This document shows, in pieces, positions 42,991 through 55,418 of a DNA stretch of 64,000 nucleotides. Each line of letters starts with the position of its first letter. The stretch's first letter is position 1. Position numbers and translations under genes: made by a program. The stretch is from Vicugna vicugna (lineage: Eukaryota). Below the pieces are notes generated by a model. That model was not told the origin of the DNA, ran no database searches, and saw only the letters and a program-made list of their open reading frames with translations. The stretch spans positions 3,273,967-3,337,966 of the forward strand of contig MU058636.1 of the NCBI GenBank assembly GCA_013265495.1, given 5' to 3'.

Positions 42991-44412
42991 GTTAGTGTCA
43001 GCTTTTAGCTTTAAACCAGAAATATATTTCTGAATCAATGACTTTCAGAAAAAAACGAGGTATTTTATTATACATACATACATACATAAAATTTTCAAGT
43101 TTGATACATCAAAATGCCATTATTTTCTCAGTATTTACTTTGGAACGTCCATGGTAATAATCCTATGACTTGAAACAGTCCTTTTTGAGGGGTAACACTG
43201 ACCTTAATCCAAAACACCTGAAGGTGGTTACATCTGAGGAAATCACTATATTGCTGTAGACCTTAGAGAAGAATTATCATCTAGCGTTTTTATAATGGGA
43301 ATCGTACAATCATGTCTAATAACTCAGTGGAAAAAATCCTGAAGGAATAAATTAACTATTTTTCAGTTCTTTATGTGCTTTTAGGAAATTTTAAGAGATC
43401 AACAAGTTACACATAATCACAACTACTAATCAAAGGGAAACATTTTCTATGATGCAACACTCTGGCCACAATACCACTTCACAGCAGAGTGAACTGAAAG
43501 CAAGAAAGACCCAAACTCAGCTCCTGGTCTAGCCTGTCTTACAGGCTGAGGTCTCCCAGGCCTCAGTTTCCTTATTTATGGAATTAATGGAGTTATTCAT
43601 TTGGTGTTTGCTGAATACCTACTATGTGCCAAACTCTCTGCTAACACTGGACATCTGCTATTTGTTACTTGTTTTAAGTAAATAAATTTAAGGTCTGGGC
43701 CCTTGCAAAATCCCTCATCTTGTCAAGAGACAAAGAAATACAACGTAACTACTGTGAGCAGACTGTTAACGCCTGGGCAAACTGGAAAAGAGCCCTCCGA
43801 GCTGAGACTTGAAGAATGGCTATGAGCTGCTGAGACGGGGATCGTGGGAATTCCAGACTGCGCAAAGACACGAAGACAGGAAAGAACGAGAGAGAGGTTC
43901 AGTGCCCACGATGCACAGGCTGAGCATCAAGGAGATAAATTCAGAGCCTTATACTCCACACTAGGGACCTTGCCCTTTAACCTTTAAGGAAAGGTAAGGT
44001 TCCTTCTATACTAAGATTCTGAAAACTTGCCGTAGGCCCAACTAGATGAATCCAATGTGTCCACCATTTCATCCAAAGTTGTTAGTCTTTTAAATAAAAT
44101 AAGTTTGGATGCTGACATTAGAAAATCTAACAGACCTCACTTAACTGGTACATTTTATGACTAGCAGTAGACTTCTCCTGTTATGATTACAGCAGTAAAA
44201 CATTCTAAAGGCAAGGTATATGACAACTGGTATCCTTCTGTTATCAAATACAAACCCTGTAAACATACACGTGTGAAAATTACAAGCAGGTATTAAATTT
44301 ACATGCCCCCTCAAATAGGTTTCTATACTTTGTTCATATAGAGCTTTCCTCTCTTCACTCTCAGTATCAATTAACCATAAAGTACCTAAAGAGAACATAA
44401 GGTTCCTTTTAC

Positions 44413-44573
44413 CTGTGTTCTGCGGGTACAGGGGGTGGCCAGACAGCAGGATCTCTAAATGGTTCGTCTTGACAGGACACAGGGAAATCTGGGGCTCTGT
44501 CGATTTTAAAACTTTCCAAAGTGCTGACAATACTTTTAACTTGCTCATATTCTTCCAATAATTCCTGTCGAAC
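44413..44573 (-). CDS. KATNAL1: KATNAL1 coding exon 2 (end of MIT domain and linker)
   Basis: Not in the ORF track; translated by hand as VRQELLEEYEQVKSIVSTLESFKIDRAPDFPVSCQDEPFRDPAVWPPPVPAEH(R). Acceptor ttttaag|GTT, donor CAG|gtaaaa; 161 nt, ends phase 2. Confidence 0.96.
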
Positions 44574-46351
44574 CTTAAAAAAATAGCCTTTATACTACAA
44601 ACTATATAAATTGCAAACAACAAACTGCTATAAAATGCCAGTTTCCTTAATGTCATTCAAAGTACGCAAAATAAGTCATTAAAACATAATCAAAAGACAA
44701 AGAACTATTTAATACAGATAGGAGGGCAAGGATTAGTTTGCAAAAAGACATAATTACATATCTTTTCTTAGGGCAAAGAGTTATATATCATTCATAATGA
44801 AACTCTTTCTACCAAAGAATGTGATAAACATTAATACAATTTAAAACTAGCAACTAAGTTAGTACCAAACAGGTTAACCATTCCCAGAAATCTATGTTAC
44901 ACTAAATCCTTTTATTGTATTTGTAAATAGCTTCCTCAAAAATTGCCAGCCAAAATTTCCATCAGCATTTCGTATGCCTAATATCACAAAATATGAAATG
45001 CCTGTGATGAGCATTTGAAAGCCCGACGTGGTATAATACCAAGAGCTGCCCATTCCAATTTAATTTAAACTCTTCTTCACCTGAAATCTAAATACTTTTG
45101 ACCTTGTTTAAAATCTTTCAAGGCCTGGGTAAAGTTTATTTTGAATTCAAAGGTAAGATTTTCCCCACATTTAAAAACTTCACTGAACACCAACTATGTG
45201 GAAATCTTTGTGTTTTCAAACTTTGAGCCTGAACTAATTTTCTAAAGCAAACAGATAGATTGAAAACTGCATTTAAAAATTAGTTTTCACAATTCTATTT
45301 TTTTAACCAAGGACATTTTACTATAAAGCTGAGCATAAGAAACTTTCCCTTAACTTTATCTTGAATAACACGTGGAAAGGAACAAATAAAGGAGTCGTAG
45401 AACCAAAGAAAAATCTAAGTAAAATTCAACTGCTAATGTATGCAATTATATGCTACACTTGGAGAAATGAAACTTCAGAGCCTAACAGAAAGAAACATAG
45501 TAGAAGTATCTGAATAGAAATGGTCACTATTTAACACAATTAAAAACATGTCAAAAAATATTTCCATGCTAGATTAATAAACCACTCTTGCCTGTGGCTA
45601 ATATGCAGGATAAAAGAACACAACTGAAAATCTCAAGTACATTGTTCTCACTCAGTTTGGTAATGCTCAAATTGGACAATAAGTCAAATCTACCCTGAAA
45701 ACTTAGTAAAACATCAATTTCAGACTCGTGGAAAACTTAGAGGAAACACTTGAAAGGCAATGGCACATAAAATGGAAACTTCAAAGAAATGCTTGACTTT
45801 GTACTTTTAATTTTAAAAGGATTTTAAGTTTCAAGACTAAGTGGGAAATTATAATTCAAGTTTTTATTAGCTGTATTTAATTAAGTTGTATATTCAAGAG
45901 ACACAGCAAACATACTAGTGGTTTTTTATTAGATTACTGATTCTTCTGTATTTGTAAGGAGTCTTTCAAAAGAAGAGGAAACTTTCTTCAAGGAAAAGTT
46001 TTACAAAAGGGGTCAAAGCTACATGTAAAAATGAAAGGGGAAAGGGCAAGTGGAAATACCTTATTTCAAAAATTTATAATTACACACAATTGGTCAACTG
46101 ATGAGGAAAGAAATTAAAAGGAGATTCAATTTGAATTAAATATCTTTGAAATATGTCTCATAAAATACAGTATCAAAAATATAGAAAATATTAACTGGGA
46201 AAGACAGAAAATTACTGAGTGCATTTTAAATATATTTCAGTATTCAGATAAATAAGAACTATTTACAAACTCAAACTGATTTTCCAACTCTAATCTGTCA
46301 GGTGTAACAGACTACTGCCCTCATTCACTGAGTACGTAAACACGGCCTTAC

Positions 46352-46513
46352 CTGCTGCCATTTGCCTTTGACAGCTGGGTCTCTGACGGACTGGCAGTGT
46401 CTCTGAATCTGCTGTATCACCCCCTGGTAATATACCATCGATGAGTCATAATTTCCAAGAAGTGCGTATTCTCTTCCTTTCTTTGCGTTGTCACAAATTT
46501 CAGCCAAATTCAT
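46352..46513 (-). CDS. KATNAL1: KATNAL1 coding exon 1 (transcript exon 2; exon starts at 46524 with 11 nt of 5' UTR), MIT domain N-terminal part
   Basis: Encodes MNLAEICDNAKKGREYALLGNYDSSMVYYQGVIQQIQRHCQSVRDPAVKGKWQQ. Acceptor tgtttag|GTCTCTGAAAGATG, donor CAG|gtaagg; 162 coding nt, phase 0. Confidence 0.97.
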
Positions 46514-46721
46514 CTTTCAGAGACCTAAACATAAAATATAATGACTTTTTATTAAGTTTCCAGTACTGACTTTAAAGTATTTCTTTGTATGCTTTAAAAT
46601 ACCTGCTTAAAACTACTTTGAAAGTCAAAATTCCTTGAGATTATCTGAATGAGTCTTAAAATATTGAACAAAATTTCTAACTTTGGAAATACAAAGGAGA
46701 TCACAAAAGAACACCCAGGAT

Positions 46722-46820
46722 GGGGATATAGCTCAGTGGTAGAGCGCATGCTTAGCGTGCACGAGGTCCTGGGTTCAATCCCAAGTACCTCCACTTAAAA
46801 AAAAAAAGAAAGAAAGACAG
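46722..46820 (+). mobile_element. tRNA-Ala-derived SINE (vic-1-like, camelid type)
   Basis: 72-nt tRNA-Ala(AGC)-like head (46722-46793) with A and B boxes, followed by an A-rich tail; AAAGAACA on both flanks. Confidence 0.85.
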
Positions 46821-48013
46821 AAAGAACAAACACCTAAGGAGACAATAAGGAGAGAAGTTACACAGCCCTGAACTATCGATTTACGTTACAGTTACATTAA
46901 TTGGACACTAGTTCTCCGTGCTCATTTATAATTACCACAAGCTGCAATAATAGTAAAGATAAACTTGCTTTATTTTACTCAATTTATTCTTGACAATGTA
47001 AAAATCAATGAATATCTCATAATTTCCACTGATACCAATTAAAACTACGGAAATTATTTCTCACTAAAACTTTTTGGCCCCAAGAACAAAACGTTATACT
47101 TAAGAAACACATTTTTTTAAAAAGAGCCTATAGTTGTTCATGCATCATTTCCATGCATTTAACTGTTCCATACAACTCAAATCTAAGCGAGAACCTGTGA
47201 ACTAGATGACCTGAGCCCTTTCTGTTCCTCGTAGTGTAATCTTCCATGATCCCGTCATCCTCTATAGCTTTTCATCTGTGCAAATACCTAGCCCTAACCC
47301 TTCCCCTTCCACAAGATGCCAGGGAGAATATCACCTGAACACCTGGTTTCCACCAAAGCCCTCCAGCCCAGTAACTCTGGCTTTTCTTCCAGGCTTCTCA
47401 AAAGTCTCCCAGAATTATCCAAGGCTTGTAAGCAAAGATATTCTCCAATAAAAACTACAAAGAGTAGGAAGTCCAGAGGTACAGAAGAATGACATCATGG
47501 GAGACAGTCCAAATTGACCTACTCTTATTTCCTGGAACAATAAATCAATGAATATACTTAGCAGAGAAAATCAAAATGTTCCTCCATGCCTTCCTGGGGG
47601 AATTAAATTTTGGTAGTGTGGCTCTTCCTTTCTACCTCTTTCTAAAGGGGCTCAAAAACTCTTCCTCAAAATTAACCACATCTGTTCTAGGCATTTCAGC
47701 TGCCTCCAGTACACTCTTGAAAATAAAATTGTTTCCTTTATGTGTTTTGGCATATTATTTGCCCCTTCTCCCAGCACAGGTTCCTTGAAGGCATCATCTA
47801 CTTGAGACTCATACTGCAGCAAACAGTACACTACTTCTAGGCAATAGGAAATTTCAACATTCAGCAGAGATACCCACAGAATATAGGACAAGCATAGAAA
47901 GTCTCTTCCTCAAATTAGAACAATTCTTCAGATTAGTCATTATGAGATAAAAGCATTAATTCTACTATGTGCAGGTACACAAATATGAAGAATAAAACGA
48001 CCCTGATGTAAAG

Positions 48014-50459
48014 CAGGGGTCAGCAAACTGTTTCTGCAAAGGGCCAGAGTAAGTATTTCAGGCTTTGAGGGGCAAGAGGTAAAGCTGAGGATACTATGTA
48101 AGTACTTGTATAATAAGACAAAAATTTCCACAACTCTTACTGATGGAATTCAAAATATTATAGCAACAATAGTTGAGTTCTTTTTGCAAAACAGGTCTAC
48201 TAACAAGAATGGAACTCTTTGGCAGGGGGTGGACGGGGAATAGCTCAGTGGCAGAGTGGGTGCTTAGCGTGCACAAGGTCCTCAGTTCAAACCCCAGTGC
48301 CTTCATTAAACATAAATAAATAAACCTAATTACCCCCCCCAAAAAAATGGAACTCTCTGGGGGGATAATATTTTATTTAGTTGGGATTCAAAGTTAGTGC
48401 TCTCTATCATCAAAATCAATTGCAAATGTTCATGTGTTAATACTGCTTTTTTAGTAAGATTTTATGTACTTCATGTTTAAAAGTCTTTTTACCCAGATAG
48501 GTACTGTCACATACAGATATAAAATCACAAGCATGTGATTTCAATTCAGTATATGCATTGTCCGGAAGGCATTTAAAGATTTTATTCTTCTCTTGATACG
48601 TCTTTTAGCATGCCATTTACAGTGCGTATTGATCACTTCCAATTGAAGTTTAGGTGGAAGTAGCTCAATTATGCACTTAAATGGATTTTGTAAAATAGAA
48701 ATTTCTTTTGCACTTGCATCAAAGTCTGAAAAATGCCCCTGAAAATGTAATTTGAGCTCAGGAAATATACTGAAAATCTGGGTGGGAATGGCGACCTCAC
48801 TTCTTTGCTTTAACTTTTGACAGCATGGAATATAAAATAGCTTGATATGACTAGCGATTCAAACATTAGTTGGCATCGAAATAACTTTTATTTTTGCACA
48901 TATGCACTGTTTTGCCCTGTTACTTTCAGTGGAATTCATTAAGAAACATTATCAAGTCTGCATAAAACTGATTTCCAAAGCCATTCAGTGTTCAATAGTA
49001 GTGGATGAGAGCAGTTCCTCTCCTTCAGAAAAATTTCAAATCAGCCCTTGGCTCAAAAGATTGCAATATAACTTGACCACTACAAGTCACTGAACTGCTG
49101 TGTGGTAGCGGTGAGCCAGGATAGTCAGCTTCCACTTCGGACAAAACTTCATGGAAGTGACAATGGTAAGTCCTCAAGAGCAACACTTTTGAGTCTTAAG
49201 ACATTAACGGTTCCTTATCACATGATAGATTCAAATATTCTCTGCAAAATACCTGCTGAAAAATAAAACAGTGAATAACCATCGACATTAACCACCCTAC
49301 TTCCTCATATCTTTGTAAATTTGTTCACCTAAGCCTTTTTCTGTTCTACACATATTTTTACCACCATCAGTTTTAATGTATCTTATCAGATTCCACTTCA
49401 AGTTATACAGAATTAATGTTTTCTCAACTTTTCACAAATATTCCTGTCTGTAGTTATTCCATGAACACTATTCATTAAACATAATTCTTAAGTAACTTCA
49501 AATTCAGCATCAACTTCTCAAATGAACAACTGAGTCACTTTGATAACATCTGTTAATTCATCAAGAGCCAAAAAAACCATTCAAAATCATTTGCCCTATT
49601 TTTTAAATTAATTACTGATGTCCTCAACACTTTCAGCAACTGTTCTCACCAAAAGGCTAATAGTCTTAAACAAGTTTGTTTTCTCCAGACACATTTCTTT
49701 CGCTGCTACAATCAAACAAGATTAGTTAAGTCACCATCAGTAAATGACTTCCTCGTTTGGCCAACAAATGAGACACTCAGAAACTTATTCTGGGTGCAGT
49801 CTGAGTTTCATTTTTTAATTTTCTGAAGAAATTCTGCTTCAACAGATATTCATTTTCAAGTTTTCTAACCACTGCTTTCCTGTGACTTGGGACTAGCATG
49901 ATGAGTGATTAGTCTGGGAACGTCAGTGTAAACTGCATTTCTTTAGCACAGCTCTAGTGTCATTGCACAGCAATCACAACGCGCTGTCATTCAGCTCTAG
50001 TTCGATACTCCACATTCTTCTGTGCTTTAAAAGTATATGTCAAGTCCATTTTTCTCATCGTGTTTTGACATGAAGAAAATGCACTGATGATAAAGTAACA
50101 TGTCGCAGTGCAGTGATACATAGGCACGGGACACCCTGTGACTACAGTGCGCACCGAGCAGCAGCGCAAAGCCACGAGAACGCCACACAGTCCCCGCGGC
50201 AGCCACCAGCTCAGCCCCGCCAGCACGGGGGCAGCCACTGACCACAAGCGAACCAGTGAGTGTGGCTGTGTTCCAATAAAACTTTATTTCCAGACAATAG
50301 TATCTGAATTTCATTTATTTCCATATGTCATAAAACATTATTCTTCTTTTGACTTCTTTAACCATTAAAAAAAATGCAAAAACCATTCTTAGTTCATGGA
50401 CCATTCAAAACAAGCAGCAGGCTGGATTTGGCCCCCAGAATGCAGTTTGTCAACTCATG
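48014..50459 (-). mobile_element. hAT-Charlie DNA transposon (Cheshire/MER58-type) with decayed transposase
   Basis: Terminal inverted repeats CAGGGGTCAGCAAACTG (48014) and CAGTTTGTCAACTCATG (ends 50459), 12/17 match. Minus-strand remnants 'AL*LLCNDTRAVLKKCSLH*RSQTNH', 'FTDGDL..AAKEMCLEKTNLFKTISLLVRTVAESVEDI' and 'LALDELTDV' resemble GTF2IRD2/Charlie-type transposases. Confidence 0.85.
48223..48345 (+). mobile_element. tRNA-Ala-derived SINE inserted into the hAT transposon
   Basis: tRNA-like head plus (TAAA)n-CCTAATTACC tail. 15-bp TSD AATGGAACTCT(T/C)TGG at 48208-48222 and 48346-48360. Confidence 0.88.
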
Positions 50460-50464
50460 CTTTC

Positions 50465-51250
50465 AGCTTCTATCTCAAGATTCTAGGGAAATAAAAGCAT
50501 ATGAATCCCAAAAGAAGTACAAGGAAGAACACAATAAAGTTAAGAGCAGAAATCAATAAAATAGAAACATGAAAAAAAAAAAAGAAATTTCAAGGTAGCC
50601 AAAAGCTGGTTCTTTGGAAAGCTCATTAAAAACAAACAAACCTCTAGTAACACTGACCAAGAAAGGGAGAGAGAAAACACAAATAACCAAAATTAGAAAT
50701 GAAGGAGAGTAAGCCACAAAGAGGGAAAAAAATACCATATGATATCACTTATATTTGGAATCTAAAAAAAAAAAAAGACAAATTAACTTATTTACAAAAC
50801 AGAAACAGACTCACAGACATAGAAAACAAACTTATGGTTACCAGGGAGGGAAGGGAGTGGGAAGGGATAAATTTTGGGAGTTCGAGATTTGCAGATAGTA
50901 ACTACTAAATATAAAATAGATAAACAAGTTTATACTGTACAGCACAGGGAACTATATTCAATATCTTGTAGTAATCTATAATGAAAAACAATATGGAAAC
51001 AAATATATGTATGTAAGTGTATGAATTATTATGCTGTACACTAGAAATTGACAGAACATTGTAAACCAACTATATACCTCGATTAAAAAAAAAAGAAGAA
51101 AAAAGAAATGAAGGAGAGGTTATCACTACAAACTTTACAGATATTAAAAGGCAAAAAAGGCTTAATGAAATGGACAAATTCTAGTTACAACATACCAAAG
51201 CTCTCTCTCAAGAAGAAACAGAGTAATTAATCTGAATAGTCTTACATCAT
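50465..51250 (+). mobile_element. Older L1 ORF2 fragment (host of the 50710-51103 insertion)
   Basis: A-rich degenerate ORF2-like sequence continues on both sides of the TSD. Confidence 0.7.
50710..51103 (+). mobile_element. 5'-truncated lineage-specific L1 3' end nested in an older L1
   Basis: L1 3' UTR with A-rich tail. Exact 15-bp TSD AGAAATGAAGGAGAG at 50695-50709 and 51104-51118. Confidence 0.85.
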
Positions 51251-51997
51251 TAGATGCAAATTATGGCATCTTGAAGTATGTTTTAATGGCAATAAATCAA
51301 ACTACTATGTGGGTACTCGTCACCAAAATAGTTAACTCTGAAAGTCATAATAACTCCCATCTCTTTATGTTGGGTTATATTCTCAGGGACTGTTTCTTGC
51401 CATGAATAACAGAGAATATGATTTAATCACATACCCAGAGACAAGAGAATCCCTGTAGCACTGAAGCCTTCTCATTTGTTTCCTCACCTGAGCTCACTTT
51501 GCAAATACTTGAGAAACAGAAAATTGTCTTTGCAACATGAAAGAATCTAGATAGATAATTCTAAGAGCTTAAACGTTTCTCTGAAGTAACCATTACAATA
51601 ATCTGTGCCCATGTACTAAATTCCACTGGCATCTTTAAAACATTAAAAAAGATAGAAAATGTTTATCATCTGCCATTCTGTCTCAAAATGGCAGCTAAAA
51701 CTATAAATTTTATCTTAAGTGCATAAATATCCTTTTAAATGAAAACAATAGTAAGGCCATTTACTGAGCTTACACCACACCAAGTGATGTGACAAAAATG
51801 GCTTTCTAGACATCTAGTGGAGATTAAACAGCTCATCTTGGAAAATTACTCAATTTTTTTTTAACTACTCTCACAATCTGTGCCTTACATTTATCTAGCA
51901 AATGCCTGTGTACACCTGACTTTTACTAGGTATTCTAAGGCATGCTTTCACTAGGTCGACCATACAGAATTATGGTTATCGAGAAAATAAAATGTTT

Positions 51998-52056
51998 AAT
52001 TCTAAGTTAAATATATAATTCTGAGTTAAAATATATAATTCTGAGTTAAAATATAT
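51998..52056. repeat. About 3 copies of a 20-bp tandem repeat AATTCTGAGTTAAAATATAT
   Basis: Two identical units and one slightly diverged unit. Confidence 0.9.
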
Positions 52057-52679
52057 ACATATTTCCATTACAAATAGGTGTGCAATTAGTGAAATTATAA
52101 TATGGATCTGTCCAAAAATGAGATGTAGTTAGAGAATCAAGGAATTTTAGAGCTACTGGGATCTCAAATCATGTAGTGGAATTCCCTGTTTTCTTAGAAG
52201 GTGAAATCAAAGCAAGGATGTTGTTACCATTAATGGTCTATAAAATAATTTTGTATCATGTAAGGAAGCTTCATTTAAAAGAATAATTGATGAATCCTTT
52301 TATAGATCACATAATCATTCTGCAGTGTAACTATTGCCTGATCTACCTGCTTAACACGGTCAGGTCAAGTCCTAGAACGTGGCTTTCTGTCAAACAGAAG
52401 AGACAATCCTGCCATGTTGCTAAGGAAGAGGGATAAGGGGAAGAGAAAGATCTTCAGTTATTGAGCACTTAAGTTGTACCTCCATTCAACTGTCTAATCA
52501 CCCCAAGAATCCTACAGATAGTATTAATATCTTTTTTGAGTAGGCCACAGGCTGGAAACTTGCCCATGATCACACAGAAAGTAAACTGTAGTTCCAGAAG
52601 TGGACAACAAATCTATGTGACTCCTTCCACGACACCACACTTAGTAAGTGATCCTTGGAGAAATGTTCTCTATAAAAGA

Positions 52680-53835
52680 GAATCACTGTGCACGTTGAGA
52701 AAATCAGATAAACTGATTTATCTTTCACCCCAATAAAAACCTGCTCCTCCTTATCTCAATCAATGTTTCAATATCCCATCAGTCATCCTAGCCAGAAAAC
52801 TAGGAATCATTCGTCTTAGGGTTCCGAATCCATCCAAACTCTTATTAAGTCATATCAGTTTTACCCCTTTAATGTTTCTGCAATTCATCTCTTTCTATAA
52901 CTCCAACTGCTTAGCTTAGACTTGTTTCATTTTCCTACTGGACTTTTTTTCCCTAAAACTGGTTTTCCTACCCCCATTCTAATTCCACCTCTCCTGGATC
53001 CATTCTCCACACTGGAGTCAAAGCTATCTTTCTAAAATGCAAACCCGGTAATGCCACTAGTCCATCTGAAATTCTTCAATGGTTACCCCATGTTGAAGAA
53101 AAATTCTGAACTCTTTATCACAGTACCACGTACTTCAAATCTGGTCTCTCCCACTACACTGCAAGTATTCTGGGATTCAGTCACCACAATGACTTAGGGT
53201 TCCCCAAACACAAAACATCCAAATCTCTCCTTTGCTTCTGTTATGCCATTTGCCTACAAAGACTTTCCTCGGCCTCTCTCCAGTAAAAGCTTAATCAACT
53301 TTCTTAGCACAAGTCAAATGTCACATCATTCTGGAGACTTCCCCTAATTCTCTTAGACAGGATCTTTCTAACAAAGGGTACAGGGAATGGCATCGGTGGT
53401 TGAGAGCACCATTTAGATAAGTTAGGCCCACCTGGGTTGAAGCACCATTCACATCTTATCAGCTATGACTCTGGGCAAGGTCTCTAAGGCTGCTTCCTCA
53501 TCTCTAAATAAGAGCGCCTACTTCACAGGATTGTTGTGAGGATGAAACAAGGGGCTAAATGCAAAATGCGCTGCACAGTACCTCCTGTAGAGTAAGTGTT
53601 CGTTACCTATTACTGTGCTATGACTATGTATTCTCTCTCTGGGCTCCTATAGCAACTGGCACCTAGCTCCATCACACTATTGTGACAACACGACTGTGTG
53701 CCATGCAGGACACAGGCAACCTTCTATCATCTCTTTATTCCCACCACCTAGTGGAACACCTGGCCCATACAGGTCCTTAACAAACCTAGAATGAATAAGT
53801 AATATAAACAAATCTTGAATGAATGAATGAATGAA
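52680..53835. mobile_element. L2 remnant with (TGAA)n tail, interrupted by a MIR (about 53390-53615)
   Basis: 'ctatctttctaaaatgcaaa', terminal 'gaatgaatgaatgaa'; MIR core 'cttcacaggattgttgtgaggatgaaa'. Confidence 0.6.
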
Positions 53836-53854
53836 ATACTTTAAATCCCTCTAC

Positions 53855-54010
53855 GGGGGCGGGGAGGGTATAGCTTGGTGGTAGAGTGCATGCCCAGCAC
53901 GCATGAGGTCCTGGGTTCAATTTCCAGTACCTACATTAAATAAACAAACAAACAAACCTAACCTAATTACCTCCCCTCATAAACAAAAAAAACTAAAAAG
54001 ATTTTTAAAA
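53855..54010 (+). mobile_element. tRNA-Ala-derived SINE
   Basis: Same head and CCTAATTACC tail. TSD TCCCTCTAC at 53846-53854 and 54012-54020. Confidence 0.85.
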
Positions 54011-54380
54011 CTCCCTCTACTGTATAAGGCCTTGATTTTTTCCCTAGTGGTATTACTAAACCTACTTTTTATTTCCTTCTACAAAATTGCTACTTTAAGT
54101 TTACAGAGGCCAGCTTCATTTAATTGAGAGAAAAGAAATTATGTAGTGGCCTTATGTTGTTTTCTTGCTTAAAAACACTCACATAAAATAAGCCCCCAAT
54201 ATGTCAACAATTTTCCAACATACTATCACAAAATACCCAATTTCTAGAATGGTTATCTACCTATTGAAAAATTTCAAAGGGTAGGCAAGGCAGGTTTTCT
54301 AAATCTGTGCTAGCTTCCTCACCATCAGGGCCTGAACCAACGTTAGGGGGCTAAGGTGTATCCCAGAGCACTGAAAAAAA

Positions 54381-54402
54381 GAGAGAGAGAGAGAGAGAGA
54401 GA
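54381..54402. repeat. (GA)11 microsatellite
   Basis: Read directly from the sequence. Confidence 0.95.
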
Positions 54403-55067
54403 ACATGGCGTTTTCACTCGTAAAAACGCTAGAAAACACTGGAATAACTAAAGAAAATAATTATTACTACCTACTGCCAAAGAAAAAAGACAAATCTGTA
54501 CTTTTAAAAACACGAATAATTTAAAGCTGAATTAATCTTTAAAATGGAATCAAAATATGTGTAGGCAGTGTTGAAGTTGGTAAGTGGGAGTGGGAGGGGT
54601 ATTCGTTTTACAATCTTGACTCAATAAATAAATGCAAATTGCAAAACAGTAAAAAAAAAAATCAGATACTACCATATAATAGCATGGTATCTTTTATCTA
54701 CTTCTACAGTTAACCTTTAAACATTAATGCCCTTTGAGTAATTATTAATCAGTGGGTTTAATTAACGCAAACACCTCTGAACTACTTCAGAACAAATGGG
54801 ATCCAATACCTAGAAATAACGTATCAGGGAAAGGAGAAAAGCCTGTTAAAATATCCTTTTTCGGGTCTCCCATCAAATGTGTGCCATACATACGGTTCTG
54901 CACCGAGAGGCAGCAACCTGGGAGGATGAGAGGCGCCGAAGGCCCGAGGCCCTGCAGCCAGGGCGGCCGCTCCTCCCCAGTCTACGCGGGGCGGTGGCCG
55001 AGCCGGGGTGGGGCTAGCGCTGCAGCCGGGGCGGGCCCGATGGCAGGACGGAAAGCCCAAGTCTCAC

Positions 55068-55190
55068 CTCCACTTCCCCTTCCCAGCGCTCAGAGCCCAG
55101 GTCCGCGACCACCCCGGAGCCCCCTCAGCACAAAGAGAGAGATTGTCTTCTCTCTGGGTCCACTCAAAGTTTATCGGTCTTTCCCAGCGG
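55068..55190 (-). other. KATNAL1: Candidate alternative non-coding first exon 1b (5' end unknown)
   Basis: Donor GGAG|gtgaga at 55068/55067, just downstream (in gene orientation) of two ZNF143-type motifs. Confidence 0.45.
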
Positions 55191-55191
55191 T

Positions 55192-55215
55192 CGGGGCCGC
55201 CGGGCTTTGTAGTTC
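55192..55215 (-). promoter_or_regulatory. Second, inverted ACTACA (ZNF143/THAP11-type) motif
   Basis: Minus strand reads GAACTACAAAGCCCGGCGGCCCCG. Confidence 0.5.
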
Positions 55216-55261
55216 GCCCGTCCAGGCCGCCCCGCCAAGGCCGGGAGCCCGAGGAGCCGCT

Positions 55262-55286
55262 GAACTACAATCCCCATAATGCCCCG
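55262..55286 (+). promoter_or_regulatory. ZNF143/THAP11-type SBS motif
   Basis: ACTACAATCCCCATAATGC versus recalled consensus ACTACAATTCCCAGAATGC (2 mismatches). Confidence 0.7.
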
Positions 55287-55418
55287 CGCACCCCACAGCT
55301 CTTCCCCCGTTCCGCTCTGTTCCCGCGTCTCCCGCGGCGGGAGCCGGGGTGGGGCTGTCAACCTGGACACCCCACCACCGGCTCTCTGGCTGGCGCCCAT
55401 CTCCCTCGGATTCATTAC

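Noticed and set aside
44141..44656. 171-aa minus-strand ORF
   Set aside because: It overlaps KATNAL1 coding exon 2 in a different frame; the real frame is fixed by splice phase and homology.
46722..46793. Genuine tRNA-Ala gene
   Set aside because: A-rich tail instead of a T-run terminator, stem mismatches and two related copies with TSDs indicate a SINE.
51998..52056. CRISPR-like repeat array
   Set aside because: Head-to-tail tandem repeat with no spacers, in a mammalian intron.
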